Positions 49,201 through 59,165 of a stretch of DNA of 64,000 bases are shown here, one piece after another. The notes under the pieces are model-generated. The model was not told the DNA's origin. It searched no databases and saw nothing but the letters and a program-made list of their open reading frames with translations. Position 1 is the stretch's first letter; each line of letters begins with the position of its first letter. The stretch is from positions 103,914,001 to 103,978,000 of the forward strand of contig NC_086107.1 of NCBI RefSeq assembly GCF_963921235.1, read 5' to 3'. Made by a program: the position numbers and the translations under genes. Source of the stretch: Mobula hypostoma. Its lineage: Eukaryota.

Positions 49201-52200
49201 TCCTCCCCCTCTCTACCCTCTCCTTGCCCTCTCCCTCCTTTCCACCCCATCCCCCCGGCCTCCCCCTCTCTACCCTCTCCTCACCCTCTCCCCCCTTTCC
49301 TCCCCTCTCCCCCGCTTTCCCCGGTGGTGTAGGTTGAGTCCTGAGGCTCTTGTACCTTCTACCTGATGGCAGCAACAAGAAAAGAGCATGACCTGGGTGG
49401 TGAGGATCTCTGATGATGGATGCTGCTTTCCTATGACAACGTTTGATGTAGATGTGCGCAGTGGTTGGGAAGGCTTTACCTGTGATGTACTGGGCCAAAT
49501 ACACCACTTGTGGGGAAATATGGATCAACTGTAACTGGAGTTACTGTCATTGTAGGTTTATCGATGATATCCGGGAAATGATTGGTGACCGGCCATTCTT
49601 CCTGTACAAGTACTTGTGGAAATTTATCTGCCCTATTGTTATGGTGGCTCTGCTCCTTGCCAGCCTAATCCATATGTGCATCAAGCACCCAACGTACCGA
49701 GCGTGGAATGAAATCAAGGTAAGGACACTCTGTTACTACTTTATTAGGTGGGAAGGACTCCTGAGGAAGGGTCTTGGCCCAAACCTTGTTCTGTTCATTT
49801 CCCTCCATAGGGTGCTGCCCGACTTGCTAAGTTTCTCCGCCATTTTGTGTGTGTGTTTTGCTCAAGATTTCCAGCATCCGCAGAATCTCTTGTGAATCCA
49901 CTGGAGGAACTTAGCAAGACAAGCAGCATCTGTTGGGGTGGAGGTGCGGGGAGAAATTAATGTTTCAGGCTGAACATCAGGATGGTTCCTCCAATAGAGT
50001 GTCTTGCTCCGGATTGCAGTTCTCTTGTGTGAATGGTCGGCATGGACTCAGTGGGCCCAATGGCTTATTTCTGTGCTGAATCTTTCTTTGTTTCAGGGGT
50101 TCCCAACCTTTTTATGCAAGGGGTCCGTGGACCCCAGCTTGGGAGCTGCTGTTCTCCATCTTTCTCTAAGATGCACAAACTTCACTCCCGCCACCAAACA
50201 AAAACCCCCAGGCACAAAGTGGCAATGAAAAGGTTAAAGATTGTCATGGTGCAAGTCCATAGCTCCCTGAAAGTAGGGTAGTGAAGAAGACGTGAGGCAA
50301 ACTTTCCTTCATCATTTGAGATATTAAGCTATAAAAAACAGTCGTATGGCAGCTGTATGAAAGTCTAATCGGGCAACATTTGGAGTATTGTGTGCTGTTC
50401 TGGATAGTTTATTACAGGAAGGATGTGGAGGCTTTGAAAATAGTGCAGAAGAGATTCGCCAGGATATTATAAGAAGTTGGATTGTTTTCTCTGGAGTTCT
50501 GATAGAAGAATGATATAAAATTATGAGAGGCGTAGATGGGCATATTGTGTTTTATTTTCCTTGAGGGTGTTAAAGTCAAAAACTAGAGGACATTAAAGTA
50601 AGAGGAGGAAAGTTGAAAAAGGTTTATGTGGTAAGTTTTTTTCCCCCACACAGAGTGGTAGATACCTGAAACGCATAAACACAAGAGATGCTGAAAATCC
50701 AGAGTAACACAAAATGTTGGGTGAACTCAGCAGGTCAGGCAGCATCTATGGAGAGGAATAAACTGAGGATGTTTCAGGTTGAGAAAGACTAGAAAGGAAG
50801 GGGGAAGAAGGTGGGGGGTGGAGGGGAAGGAGTCCAAGCTGGCTGTGGACAGGTGAAGCCAGGTGAGTGGTTGGGGAGGAATATGCTGCCAGGGGCAGGG
50901 GTGGAAGCAGACACGGTAGAGATGATTAAAAGGCATTGGCAGGGAACAGAAGGACGTAGACTATGCACAGGCGGATGTGCAGTTTAAATTGGCATCATGG
51001 TTGACACAGACAGACACCATGTTATATAATAGACTCCTGTTCTATACGGCACTATGTTCTAAAAATATCCCTATATTATTGAAGAAAATCAGTGAAAGCA
51101 GCCAGGATATTTAGGAAATTCACGGCGAATTACAACAGTGTCCCTCTAACACTCACCTATCAGCTCATCCCACAGAGATGTAGGTGAACACCCTCTACGC
51201 CTTACTGCAACGTGATACAGAGGACCTCAGCATGTCTGACCATGACACTAGTCGGGGGGTCTTTGCCCTCTCCACTCTAGTTGTGGACATTAGAAATATC
51301 CCAGTCACGAGAAAGTCTGCAGGTTCTGGAAATCCAAGCAACACACACACAAAACTCAGCAACTCAGCAGGCCAGGCAGCATCTATGGAAATGAACAAAT
51401 AGTCAACCACTCGGGGCGAGACCCTCCTTCAGGACTGAAATGTCCCGGTGCTGGTTGGGGCTGCATTCAGCCCAGCTTCAGATATAAATTTGACCTTTCA
51501 TCAACTTGATAGTTATTCATCTGCGGTGTAAAGGTCACTAGCCTGCAATGTTGACAGTTTCTATCTCCACAGTTGATGCCTGACCTCCTGAGCATTATTG
51601 CTTCATTTCTAATTCTAAATATCTGTAATTTTTTTTTAGAACATAGAACAGGACAGCAAGACATTGTGCTGACCTGTACTCCAAGATTAATCTAACCCTT
51701 CCCTCCCACATAGTTCCATTTTGCTTTCATCTATGTGCCTATCAAGCGTCCCTAATGCCTCTGCCACCACCGGCCAACAGTGTGTTCCACTCACTTACCA
51801 ACGCCGTGTAAAATAGAAACACCACCTCTGACGTCCCCCCTATACGTTCCTCCAATCCCCTTAAAATTAGCCCTGAGGAACGAAAGTGCTGACAGTCCAC
51901 TCTATTTATGCCTCTTATCATTTTATGCGCCTCTATCAGGTCACCTGTCATCCTCCTCCGCTTCAAGGAAAAATCTCCACCTCGTTCAACCTTACTGCAG
52001 CATCCTGGTAAACCTCGTTTGCACCCTCTCTAATGCTTCAACATCCTTTCTGTAATGATGACCAGAACTGAACACAATTAGAATCAGGTTTAATATCACT
52101 GGCATATATTGTTAAATTTATTATGCAATACATAATAAAACTCTGAATTACTGTAAACATATATGTATTAGTCATAGAGAAGCACAGCACAAAAACATGC

Positions 52201-53473
52201 CCTTCGGCCCATCTAGTCCCTGCCAAAACCATTTGAACTGCCTACTCCCATCAACCAGCACCGGAACCATAGCTTCCGTACCCCTACCATCCAGGTACCT
52301 GTCCAAACTTCTCTTAAACGTTGAAATTGAGCTCGCATGCACCACTTGTGCTGGCAGCTCGTTCCACACTCTCACAACCCTCTGAGTGAAGAAGTTTCTC
52401 CTTAAACTTCTCGCCTTTCACCCTTAACTCACAACCTCTGGGTGTAGCCCCACCCCAAAGTCAGTGGAAAAAGCCTGCTTGCATTTACCCTCATAGTTTT
52501 GGTATGCTAGTAAAAAGTTAAATAAGACATGCAAAAAAAGGAGTATTGAAATAATGTTTGTGGGTTCAATCTCCATTCGAAATCTGATGGCAGAGGGGAA
52601 AAAGCTGTTCCTGAATCATTGAGTCTGTGCATTCAGGCTCCTGTACCTCCTCGCTGATGGTAGCAATGATGTCCTGGGTGATAAGGATCCTTAATAACAG
52701 ACACTGCCTTTCAGAGGCTTTCCCTCTTGAAGATGCCCTGGTTGGTCCACAATATCCCAAGTGTGGACTATCATTTCCTTGCTGCTGTTGAACCCAGTCC
52801 TCCGTCTAATGAAGACCAACACACCATATGCCTTCCTAATCACCCGATCAACTTGCATGGCAACTTTGAGGCATCTGTGGATGTGGACCCCAAGATCCTC
52901 CACACTTGCTCATAATGCTGCCATTGACCTTGTACTCTGCCTCCAAGTTCAACCTTCCAACAGTGTATCACTTGACTCTGTTCCGGTTTAAGCACCACCC
53001 GCCACTTTGCAGCCCAGCCCTGCGTCCTTATCAGTCAAACATCTTAACTTACGACAGCCTTCAGCACGGTACACAGTACCACCAACCTTTTTAACCTTTT
53101 GTGTTTTCAGGCAGGGGAAGTATTGGTGGAGTACCCAGGCTGGGCATTAGCTATGATGATCACCCTGATTATTGTTGCCTCCCTGCCCATCCCTGTCCTG
53201 TACCTCCGGCGAAAGCTGCTGGACAGACAGAGCAGTCGCTCGGACTACTCCGAGTGCGCCTACATCGAGGCTAATGCAGGCGACGAGGCTTCCTTCCCCC
53301 TGAACGAGAACGGCGATGAGGCCATGGGGCCAAACGGCTACCTGAAAGTTGACACCGAAGAGGGAGGTATGGAGCGGTCTGAGCTGCTCTCAGACGAGGA
53401 AGGAGAAGAGGATGTGTTCGAAATGGACAACATGTCGCAGGAGAAAAATCCTGAAACGGATTTGAAGCTGTAG
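31054..53473 (+). CDS. slc6a16: SLC6 sodium-dependent neutral amino acid transporter, SLC6A15/16/17 (B0AT2-like) subfamily, most likely slc6a16; 11 coding exons, 689 aa
   Basis: Exons 31054-31240, 36084-36241, 37125-37251, 37381-37556, 38929-39039, 44719-44960, 45397-45577, 46792-46993, 48288-48447, 49556-49718, 53111-53473. Sum 2070 nt, all GT-AG, phases join without stops. SNF motifs [71 protein letters not shown]. Subfamily is secure. The slc6a16 call rests on recalled features (CHQNGGG, GAFLFLY lacking the usual Pro) and needs phylogeny/synteny. Confidence 0.9.
31739..32599 (-). mobile_element. Solo LTR (861 bp), Gypsy/ERV-type, antisense in coding intron 1
   Basis: Termini TGTTACG...CGTAACA, perfect 4-bp TSD TTCT (31735-31738 / 32600-32603), minus-strand AATAAA (tttatt ~31822). 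Confidence 0.88.
33470..34500 (+). mobile_element. Rex1-like 3' end interrupted by a ~640-bp non-coding interspersed repeat (~33770-34410; related copies at ~19890-20150, 24720-25250 minus, 60880-61290)
   Basis: Shared 3' sequence ttttcgtggatgtttgcgaagaaaaaagatttcaggatgtatattg...tctgacattaaatg in several copies in the window. Confidence 0.6.
34506..35878 (-). mobile_element. CR1 LINE 3' fragment
   Basis: Minus-strand [11 protein letters not shown]...[13 protein letters not shown] and [10 protein letters not shown]...[14 protein letters not shown]1 tail. Confidence 0.88.
36084..36241 (+). CDS. SLC6 transporter coding exon 2
   Basis: ttgcag|GAGCG...[23 protein letters not shown]...SCV|gtgagt; 158 bp. 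Confidence 0.93.
36792..36871. mobile_element. 80-bp hAT-Charlie-type MITE (related copies at ~39898-39978 and ~50095-50150)
   Basis: TIRs cagggattcccaa / ttggaaacccctg; 8-bp TSD atctagac / atccagac. Confidence 0.8.
37125..37251 (+). CDS. SLC6 transporter coding exon 3
   Basis: ccacag|[19 protein letters not shown]...PLPWESCP...G|gtacgt; 127 bp. Confidence 0.93.
37381..37556 (+). CDS. SLC6 transporter coding exon 4
   Basis: ccgcag|..[15 protein letters not shown]...[10 protein letters not shown]|gtaaca; 176 bp. Confidence 0.93.
38400..38616 (+). mobile_element. tRNA-headed SINE with RTE/BovB (Bov-A-like) body and (CAA)n tail
   Basis: A box tggtgtagtgg (38411-38421), B box gagttcaaacc (38454-38464), 3' gtccatgaagtcacgaagagtcggactc...ctgaacaacaacaaca. 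Perfect 12-bp TSD aatgacactgga (38388-38399 / 38617-38628). Confidence 0.88.
38929..39039 (+). CDS. SLC6 transporter coding exon 5
   Basis: ccacag|[13 protein letters not shown]...YMFTPK|gtaggg; 111 bp. Confidence 0.93.
40610..40843. mobile_element. Penelope pLTR-derived palindromic insertion (97-bp inverted arms)
   Basis: Arms 40649-40745 and 40747-40843 with 4 mismatches. TSD caagaaaataa at 40599-40609 and 40843-40853. Confidence 0.9.
40745..40780 (+). ncRNA. Minimal type I hammerhead ribozyme on the sense strand of SLC6 intron 5
   Basis: AGUC(40745-48)-CUGACGA-AGG/CCU-GAAA-CG-UC-GACU(40777-80); predicted cleavage after C40776. Confidence 0.78.
41170..43045 (+). mobile_element. Rex1/Babar-like LINE, 5'-truncated, frameshifted RT
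   Basis: [74 protein letters not shown], 3'UTR ending ttttactttga. Confidence 0.9.
44719..44960 (+). CDS. SLC6 transporter coding exon 6
   Basis: ttgcag|[19 protein letters not shown]...VLGFRAN...AG|gtacaa; 242 bp. Confidence 0.93.
45397..45577 (+). CDS. SLC6 transporter coding exon 7 (EL4)
   Basis: tttcag|G NTVLV...[11 protein letters not shown]|gtaagt; 181 bp, phase fits neighbours. Confidence 0.88.
45897..46426. mobile_element. Two ~70-bp Tc1/mariner-type mini-MITEs (45897-45963 and 46358-46426) bracketing repeat-derived sequence
   Basis: Each has cagtactgtgca... / ...tgcacagt(a/t)ctg inverted ends and TA flanks. Confidence 0.65.
46792..46993 (+). CDS. SLC6 transporter coding exon 8
   Basis: caccag|[16 protein letters not shown]...[10 protein letters not shown]...G|gtaaag; 202 bp. 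Confidence 0.93.
47285..47905 (-). mobile_element. CR1 LINE 3' fragment
   Basis: Minus-strand [19 protein letters not shown] and [15 protein letters not shown]...[10 protein letters not shown]. Confidence 0.88.
48288..48447 (+). CDS. SLC6 transporter coding exon 9 (absent from the ORF track)
   Basis: ttccag|..[54 protein letters not shown]|gtaagc; 160 bp. Confidence 0.93.
48590..49320 (+). repeat. Polypyrimidine low-complexity tract in intron 9
   Basis: (ccctttcctcccctct)-type units, ~730 bp. Confidence 0.93.
49556..49718 (+). CDS. SLC6 transporter coding exon 10
   Basis: ttgtag|[11 protein letters not shown]...WKFICP...[10 protein letters not shown]|gtaagg; 163 bp. Confidence 0.92.
53111..53473 (+). 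CDS. SLC6 transporter last coding exon (TM12 + cytoplasmic tail)
   Basis: tttcag|[15 protein letters not shown]...NPETDLKL*; stop TAG 53471-53473. Confidence 0.92.
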   Translation, partial: AGEVLVEYPGWALAMMITLIIVASLPIPVLYLRRKLLDRQSSRSDYSECAYIEANAGDEASFPLNENGDEAMGPNGYLKVDTEEGGMERSELLSDEEGEEDVFEMDNMSQEKNPETDLKL

Positions 53474-55655
53474 CTCCCGTGGAGCTTGTTCTTTTTTGGA
53501 CACTTCAGGCCTTTCTACAAAATACATGGTGCAAAAAAAAAATGTTAACACTGCCATCCGATGATCTGGGTGCGGGCGTTTTCTTGTCAATCTGATTTGG
53601 TTTGGAGGCGATTGTCCGCATTAGCAGGACATTCTGTCTCTCTGCCCCCTACAAACATCCACCCTAAACAGACATGGTTACCATATGATGGGCGCAGCCT
53701 GTACTAAAGTTTCACCTTAGCAACATCCTAAAGAAACTAATTTATATTTTGGATGAGAAAAAGAACCAATTATGTAGAAAAAGAAGCATGGAGCAAGAAA
53801 GAGTGAGTTTCCAAAAGGAACTAAATCTTTGAAAACAATATTGACCATTGGTTTTGGAGCTGGGGTGTGGGGTAGGGTGGGGTATGAGAATGAGGAGTGG
53901 GGGGTGCGGGTGGGGAGATATGAGCCAATGTAATGCATGAGAATGGATCTCATTTCGTTATGACACTCGAATTCAACATTTTTTTAAAAACACAACATTG
54001 GGGATGAGCTATTGTGGAGTCTCCCACAGAAGAGAAACAGGAGACAAGAAATGATTGGCAAGCTTTTGGAATCTTGCAATGCATGTACCTCTGGGTTTGT
54101 ACGATGCAGTCAATGCAAAGTATAAATCTGTATTCTGGGCAGTTTATGAGTGGGTATAAAACTCTATTCTCTGCACTTGTACATTTCTAAATCTCTGCAG
54201 TGCAGTCAAATGACTAAATGTCCACATGTACACTGGTGTACAGTTTTAAATCCCCAAACACTTCATTCAGTGCAGGATTCTGGATCTGTTCCACGTTAGT
54301 CTGGTTCTTCACTTTGTGCATTTGGCCTGTGGTTCTAAATCTCGATTCTATGCAAACTACATATTACTGTATATCTGTACTACACAGTTGGTGCCTAGTT
54401 CTAGATTTCTACAGCTCATAGGATTATAGAGCACGGAAACGGGCCATTCGGCCTATCTCATCCATACTAGCCAAGTCAGTCCCATTTGGGCTGTATCCCT
54501 CTCAACCTTTCCTATCCGCATACTGTCTTTTAAACATCATTATTGTGTACCCGTTTCAACCACTTCCTGTGGCAAATGGTTCAAGATATCCACCATGCAA
54601 ATGATCTCAGTGTTTTGGATCTCCAGTGCAGTGTTTCTACAGCTCAGTACTGTACAGTTCACCATGCAGTAGAAGGCTATTCAGCCTGTCGTGTCTGTGC
54701 CAGCCAAAAAATAGCTACCCAGACCGCAACTGTACCTTCTGGCGCTTGGTCATACCCATTTCAATTACATTTCGAAAATACCACAAGGGTTTCTGTCTCT
54801 ACCATACTTTCCATCAGCGAGTGTCAGATTCTTTCCACCCTCTGGATCGAAAAACATACAATACCTTGGCTTCCAGCAGTGACTAAACATATGCTTTTTT
54901 TTTTACCCCTCTGACGAGGGAAAAGGGTCCTTACTATTTACTCTTATGGGCACCTCATAATTTTACATATCTCCTCCTAGCTTCCATTGTTCTCAAGGAA
55001 GCAATCCCATCATATCCAGCCTCATGGCGAAACATTTTCCAGCTTTGAGCAACTTGATCGTAAATCTCCATTGCATCAACTCCTGTCAATCACATCTTTC
55101 CTGTACCCGGTGTACAGTGCTCACACTAACCAGTGTTGTATACCCCTGTTCTAGGGTAGCCAGCCTGCTATTATATATCAGAGTAAAGCATTCCGGGTAC
55201 CTTTTTCAGCACCTCTGTTTTATGGATTAGAGGATAAATCCTGTGGGGTCCTTTTGCCTATCCACACTGTGTCTTGTTTTAACTCACCACCTCCCCCCAC
55301 CCCCATGCATCACCTTGCACTTCTCTAATTCATCTGACGCGTTTTTGCCCAACTCACTGGGCCTTCAATGTCCTTTTGCAATCTAAAGCCTTCCTATAGC
55401 CCTGCAGCCTATTTTTGAATCATCCATAAACATCTTTATCAGACCCTCTGTATTGAAATGTATATGATTTTGTATTATAAGTGCAAGGGACCAAGTATCT
55501 GCCCCAATAGAACAACTTTCCAATCACAGAAATACCTGTCAATAAGTGCCCTCTCTGTTCTGCATCTGATCCAATTTTGGATTAAATTTGCCACTCCACT
55601 TTCAATCCCATGGGTTTTCACTGCAAGTCCTTGTCAAAAAATGTGCAAACATATA

Positions 55656-56192
55656 TGCTCAGTGGCCACTTTATTAGGTTGCCTGTATACCTCATTAATG
55701 CAAATGTCTAATCAGCCAATCATGTGGCAGCAACTCAATTCATAAAAACCTGAAGAGTGGTCAAGAGGTTCAGTTGTTATTTAGACCAAACATCAGAAAG
55801 GGGAAGAAATGTGATCTAAGTGACCTTGACTGTGGAGTGATTGTTGGTGACAGGCGAGGTGGCTTAAGTATGTCAAAAACTGCTGATCTCCTAGGATTTT
55901 CATGCACAACACTCTCAAGAGTTAATAGGGAATGGTACGAAAAACAAAAAATGTTAAGTGAATGACACTTCTGTGGCTCAAAACGTCTTGTCAGTGAGAG
56001 AGGTTGGAGGAGAATGTCCAGACTGGTTCAAGCTGACAGGAAGGCAACACTCACTCAAATAACCACTTGTTAGAGTGGGTGAGTAGAAGAGCATATCTGA
56101 ACACACAACACATCAAACCATGAAGTGAATGGGCTACAGCAGAAGACCGCACCAGGTTTCACTCCTGTACCTAATAAAATGGGCACTGATTG
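55656..56192 (+). mobile_element. Internally deleted Tc1-like DNA transposon
   Basis: TIRs tgctcagtggccactttattaggt / acctaataaaatgggcactgattg with TA flanks. Paired-like HTH remnant GKKCDLSDLDCGVIVGDRRGGLSMSKTADLLGFSCTTLSRV. Confidence 0.88.
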
Positions 56193-59029
56193 TATATAGA
56201 CTACATCAAACATCTTGTCCTCATCCACCATTGATTCATGCTCATTAAATACATTTCCATTAACAAATCCTTCCTGATCTGTGACTTCCTAAATTTTTTC
56301 TACCAGACCTCTGATATATCACCTTTCCTGGGTATTACCTCTTTCTGATCCAAAATCAGGCTCTCGATTCTCTGCTGTCCTGGGATTCGTGACCTCTACA
56401 TCATGCAGTCAATTTTTGGACTGTGCCTTCAATACACAATTCTAGGAGCTATCCTGTCCAGTTGGTGTATGGTTCTAGATCTATGCAGCGAATTTGGATC
56501 ATACTTTTAAAGCTCCCTGCAATATGGTCATTGTATGGTGAAATCTGTAAAGTCTAGATCAGAGTAATATACCAACAACAATGATACTAGATCTTTTTAC
56601 TGTAATCTTTGTGTATAGTTTACGATCTTCATTTGTCATGATCAGCACATCGTCCTTAAACTCCATCTCTGTAGTTTTAGTTGGTGCGTTGTTCTGGATC
56701 TCTGTACCTTACAATGCCCTGAGGAGTTGGCACTGTTTTAGATTTCGACATGGTGCACAGTTGCTGTGATTCTGGAGCTCTCCTGTACTCTAAACACCTC
56801 TGGATATTTGTACTGTGTAGACTGCACATGGTTCTAGCATGCGTGGAACTGTACAATCTGTTCTTGATTCTAGATCTCCACACTTACACATTCGTACACG
56901 TGTCTAGAACCCGACACAGTAGTCAGCAGAGGATCATAGGCTTCTACATTCTGTCTCTACAGTGTTTGAGATCTCCATACCATGAAGCCAGTGTAAGTTT
57001 CTACAACTTAACTCTGCAGTGTGAGCACAATTCTAAACTGACAGTGGCTTACAATAATGCTAGTGGTATGTAACCAGGAGCAATGTCACAGCCATGAAAC
57101 AAAGGGCTACTAGAAAGATAAGCGGAGTGCTGACGCATGCTAGTAACACTGAACTGCAGACTGATACTGATCTTTCTGCAGGACGGGTCTTCCCCTTGAG
57201 ATCCTCCAGTAATGTAGGACAACTGGGGCAGCGTTCTCCTCATCCACCACCCAGCCTGAAGGGATAAAGACCCAACACGTGGTTTGAGTGGGTGTTCCGG
57301 GTCTTATTGACTTCATAGATGCAAGGGATTCTGCAGGTGCTGGAAATCGTGAGCAACGCACACAAATTGCTGGAGGAACTTAGCAAGTCAGGCAGCATCT
57401 ATGGAGGAACATTTTGGGCTGAGGCCCTTCATCGTGACTGGAAAGGAAGGCCACAGAATAAAGTGAGGGAGAGGGTGGAGGAGGCAAGTAAATGAAACCA
57501 GGTGAAGGCAAGGTGTGTTTCTCTCCATCGATACTGCCTGACCTGCCGGCTTCCTCCAGCATTTTGTGTGTGTCGTGCTTGTTGACTTCATTTGGTCATG
57601 TGACTTCATTTCTCCAGGAGATTGGAAAGCCCAAATCATTGATTTTTTTAAAATTGGCTTATTATAACATAACGAACAGCTGCAAGGATCTGACCAAATC
57701 AAATTGTGGGTGTATACTGTAGTTAGTGTGCTTGTGTATGTGATGTGCATGTGTAGTTGTTTGTACAGTATATATGCGTGTGTGGACCCATGCTTGTCCA
57801 TTTCCCCACGTGGATACAATTCTGTCTTTGAAGTTCGAAGAACAGACCCTTATTTATCACCCAGTGTTAAAGGATTCAGGCTATTATATAGTTAATGTGA
57901 GAAGCTGTTAACTACTAAAAGTAATTATTAATGAGACAGACAATCTTTGTATTCTCTGTTACCAGACCCCTTTCATTTTAAAAAAAATATTGGTATTTTT
58001 GAACAGTGCTTCATGAAAAATAAAATGTGTGCAAACAGACAAGTTGAGATTTATTTTGTACACTTGATCCCCTGCATTACAGTCATTTGCATTATGGAAA
58101 TCAATTCTTACAGAAAACACATCACATTCTAAAAATTTGAGATACAAAGTAAAATTCACTCATTGAATTAATATGGGGTGAAAAAATAAATGCAAATTTA
58201 ATTTTATCAACTTACTTTTTTAGATGTAGTACCTGTATGCACAGATGTGGCTGTGTAAGGAAACGTCACGATCTGGACTTCCTTTCTAGGAATGCAACAG
58301 TGTGGAATTATGCACAATAATCCGATGCCTGTAATTAAAACAAATTTCATCATGTGTTAATTTAAAGTAAATGTTTAACATTACTTAGATCATAGCGCCG
58401 TACAGCACAGAAATAGGCCATTCGGCTCAGCCGGTCCTTACTGAACATGACAATGGACAATATAAACTCTCATGTCAAACAGCATGAAGTGAATAACTAG
58501 GTGTCAGTTATGTCATTCGAACAATCACATGAGAAATTGCACGTTCACATGGGTAACTTTGTCTGGTATCGATGCCAGGATCTCTGCATTGACCCTGACG
58601 CCGTTCTCCTTGATGCTCCCCTGCTGGCGGCAATGCAGTCCCTCAACGCTGCATATTGCTCCCTTGATGCGGCCATGTTTCCTTCCCTCCCTGCTGCCCA
58701 GAGACGTGCCCAGGAGAGAGATGGAAACATGTCAGGGCATAGCACAGAAAACCGTGAACATGTTTGCTGGAGCAAGAATTGGAATTAATACTTTCTCATC
58801 GCTGCCCCTCCCACAGAATCGTTTTCCCGTGTTCCCTTGGTCCAATTTCTCCAGACCCTGACTCAGAAATGCCTCTCGTACAATAGTCCTCGAAAGCAAA
58901 TTCAGAATTAATTGTGAAATGTACAGAACCTTCAGGAATGTTCTTAACAGCGTCCTAGTTCTGTTGAACTATTCAAATCATGTCATATCATTTCAATTTA
59001 ATTCCTTGCTAAAACACAAGTAGTGAACT

Positions 59030-59165
59030 CGGCGCGGTGTCGTAGTGGTTAGCACAACGCGTTTACACTGCAGGCAACCCGGGTTCAATTCCTGCCGCTG
59101 TCTGTAAGGTGCCTGTGACTGCGGACTGCGTGGGTTTCCTCTGAGTGCTCCGGTTTCCTCCCACA
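59030..59165 (+). mobile_element. V-SINE (HE1-like) 5' portion, followed by an antisense Rex1-like fragment (59170-59510)
   Basis: tRNA-like gtagtggttagc...ccgggttcaattcc plus V-domain-like gcgtgggtttcctctgagtgctccggtttcctcccaca. Confidence 0.75.

Noticed and set aside
53108..53114. Alternative tandem acceptor (cag gcag) at the last exon
   Set aside because: The second AG is 4 nt downstream and would frameshift TM12; the upstream AG preserves the frame.
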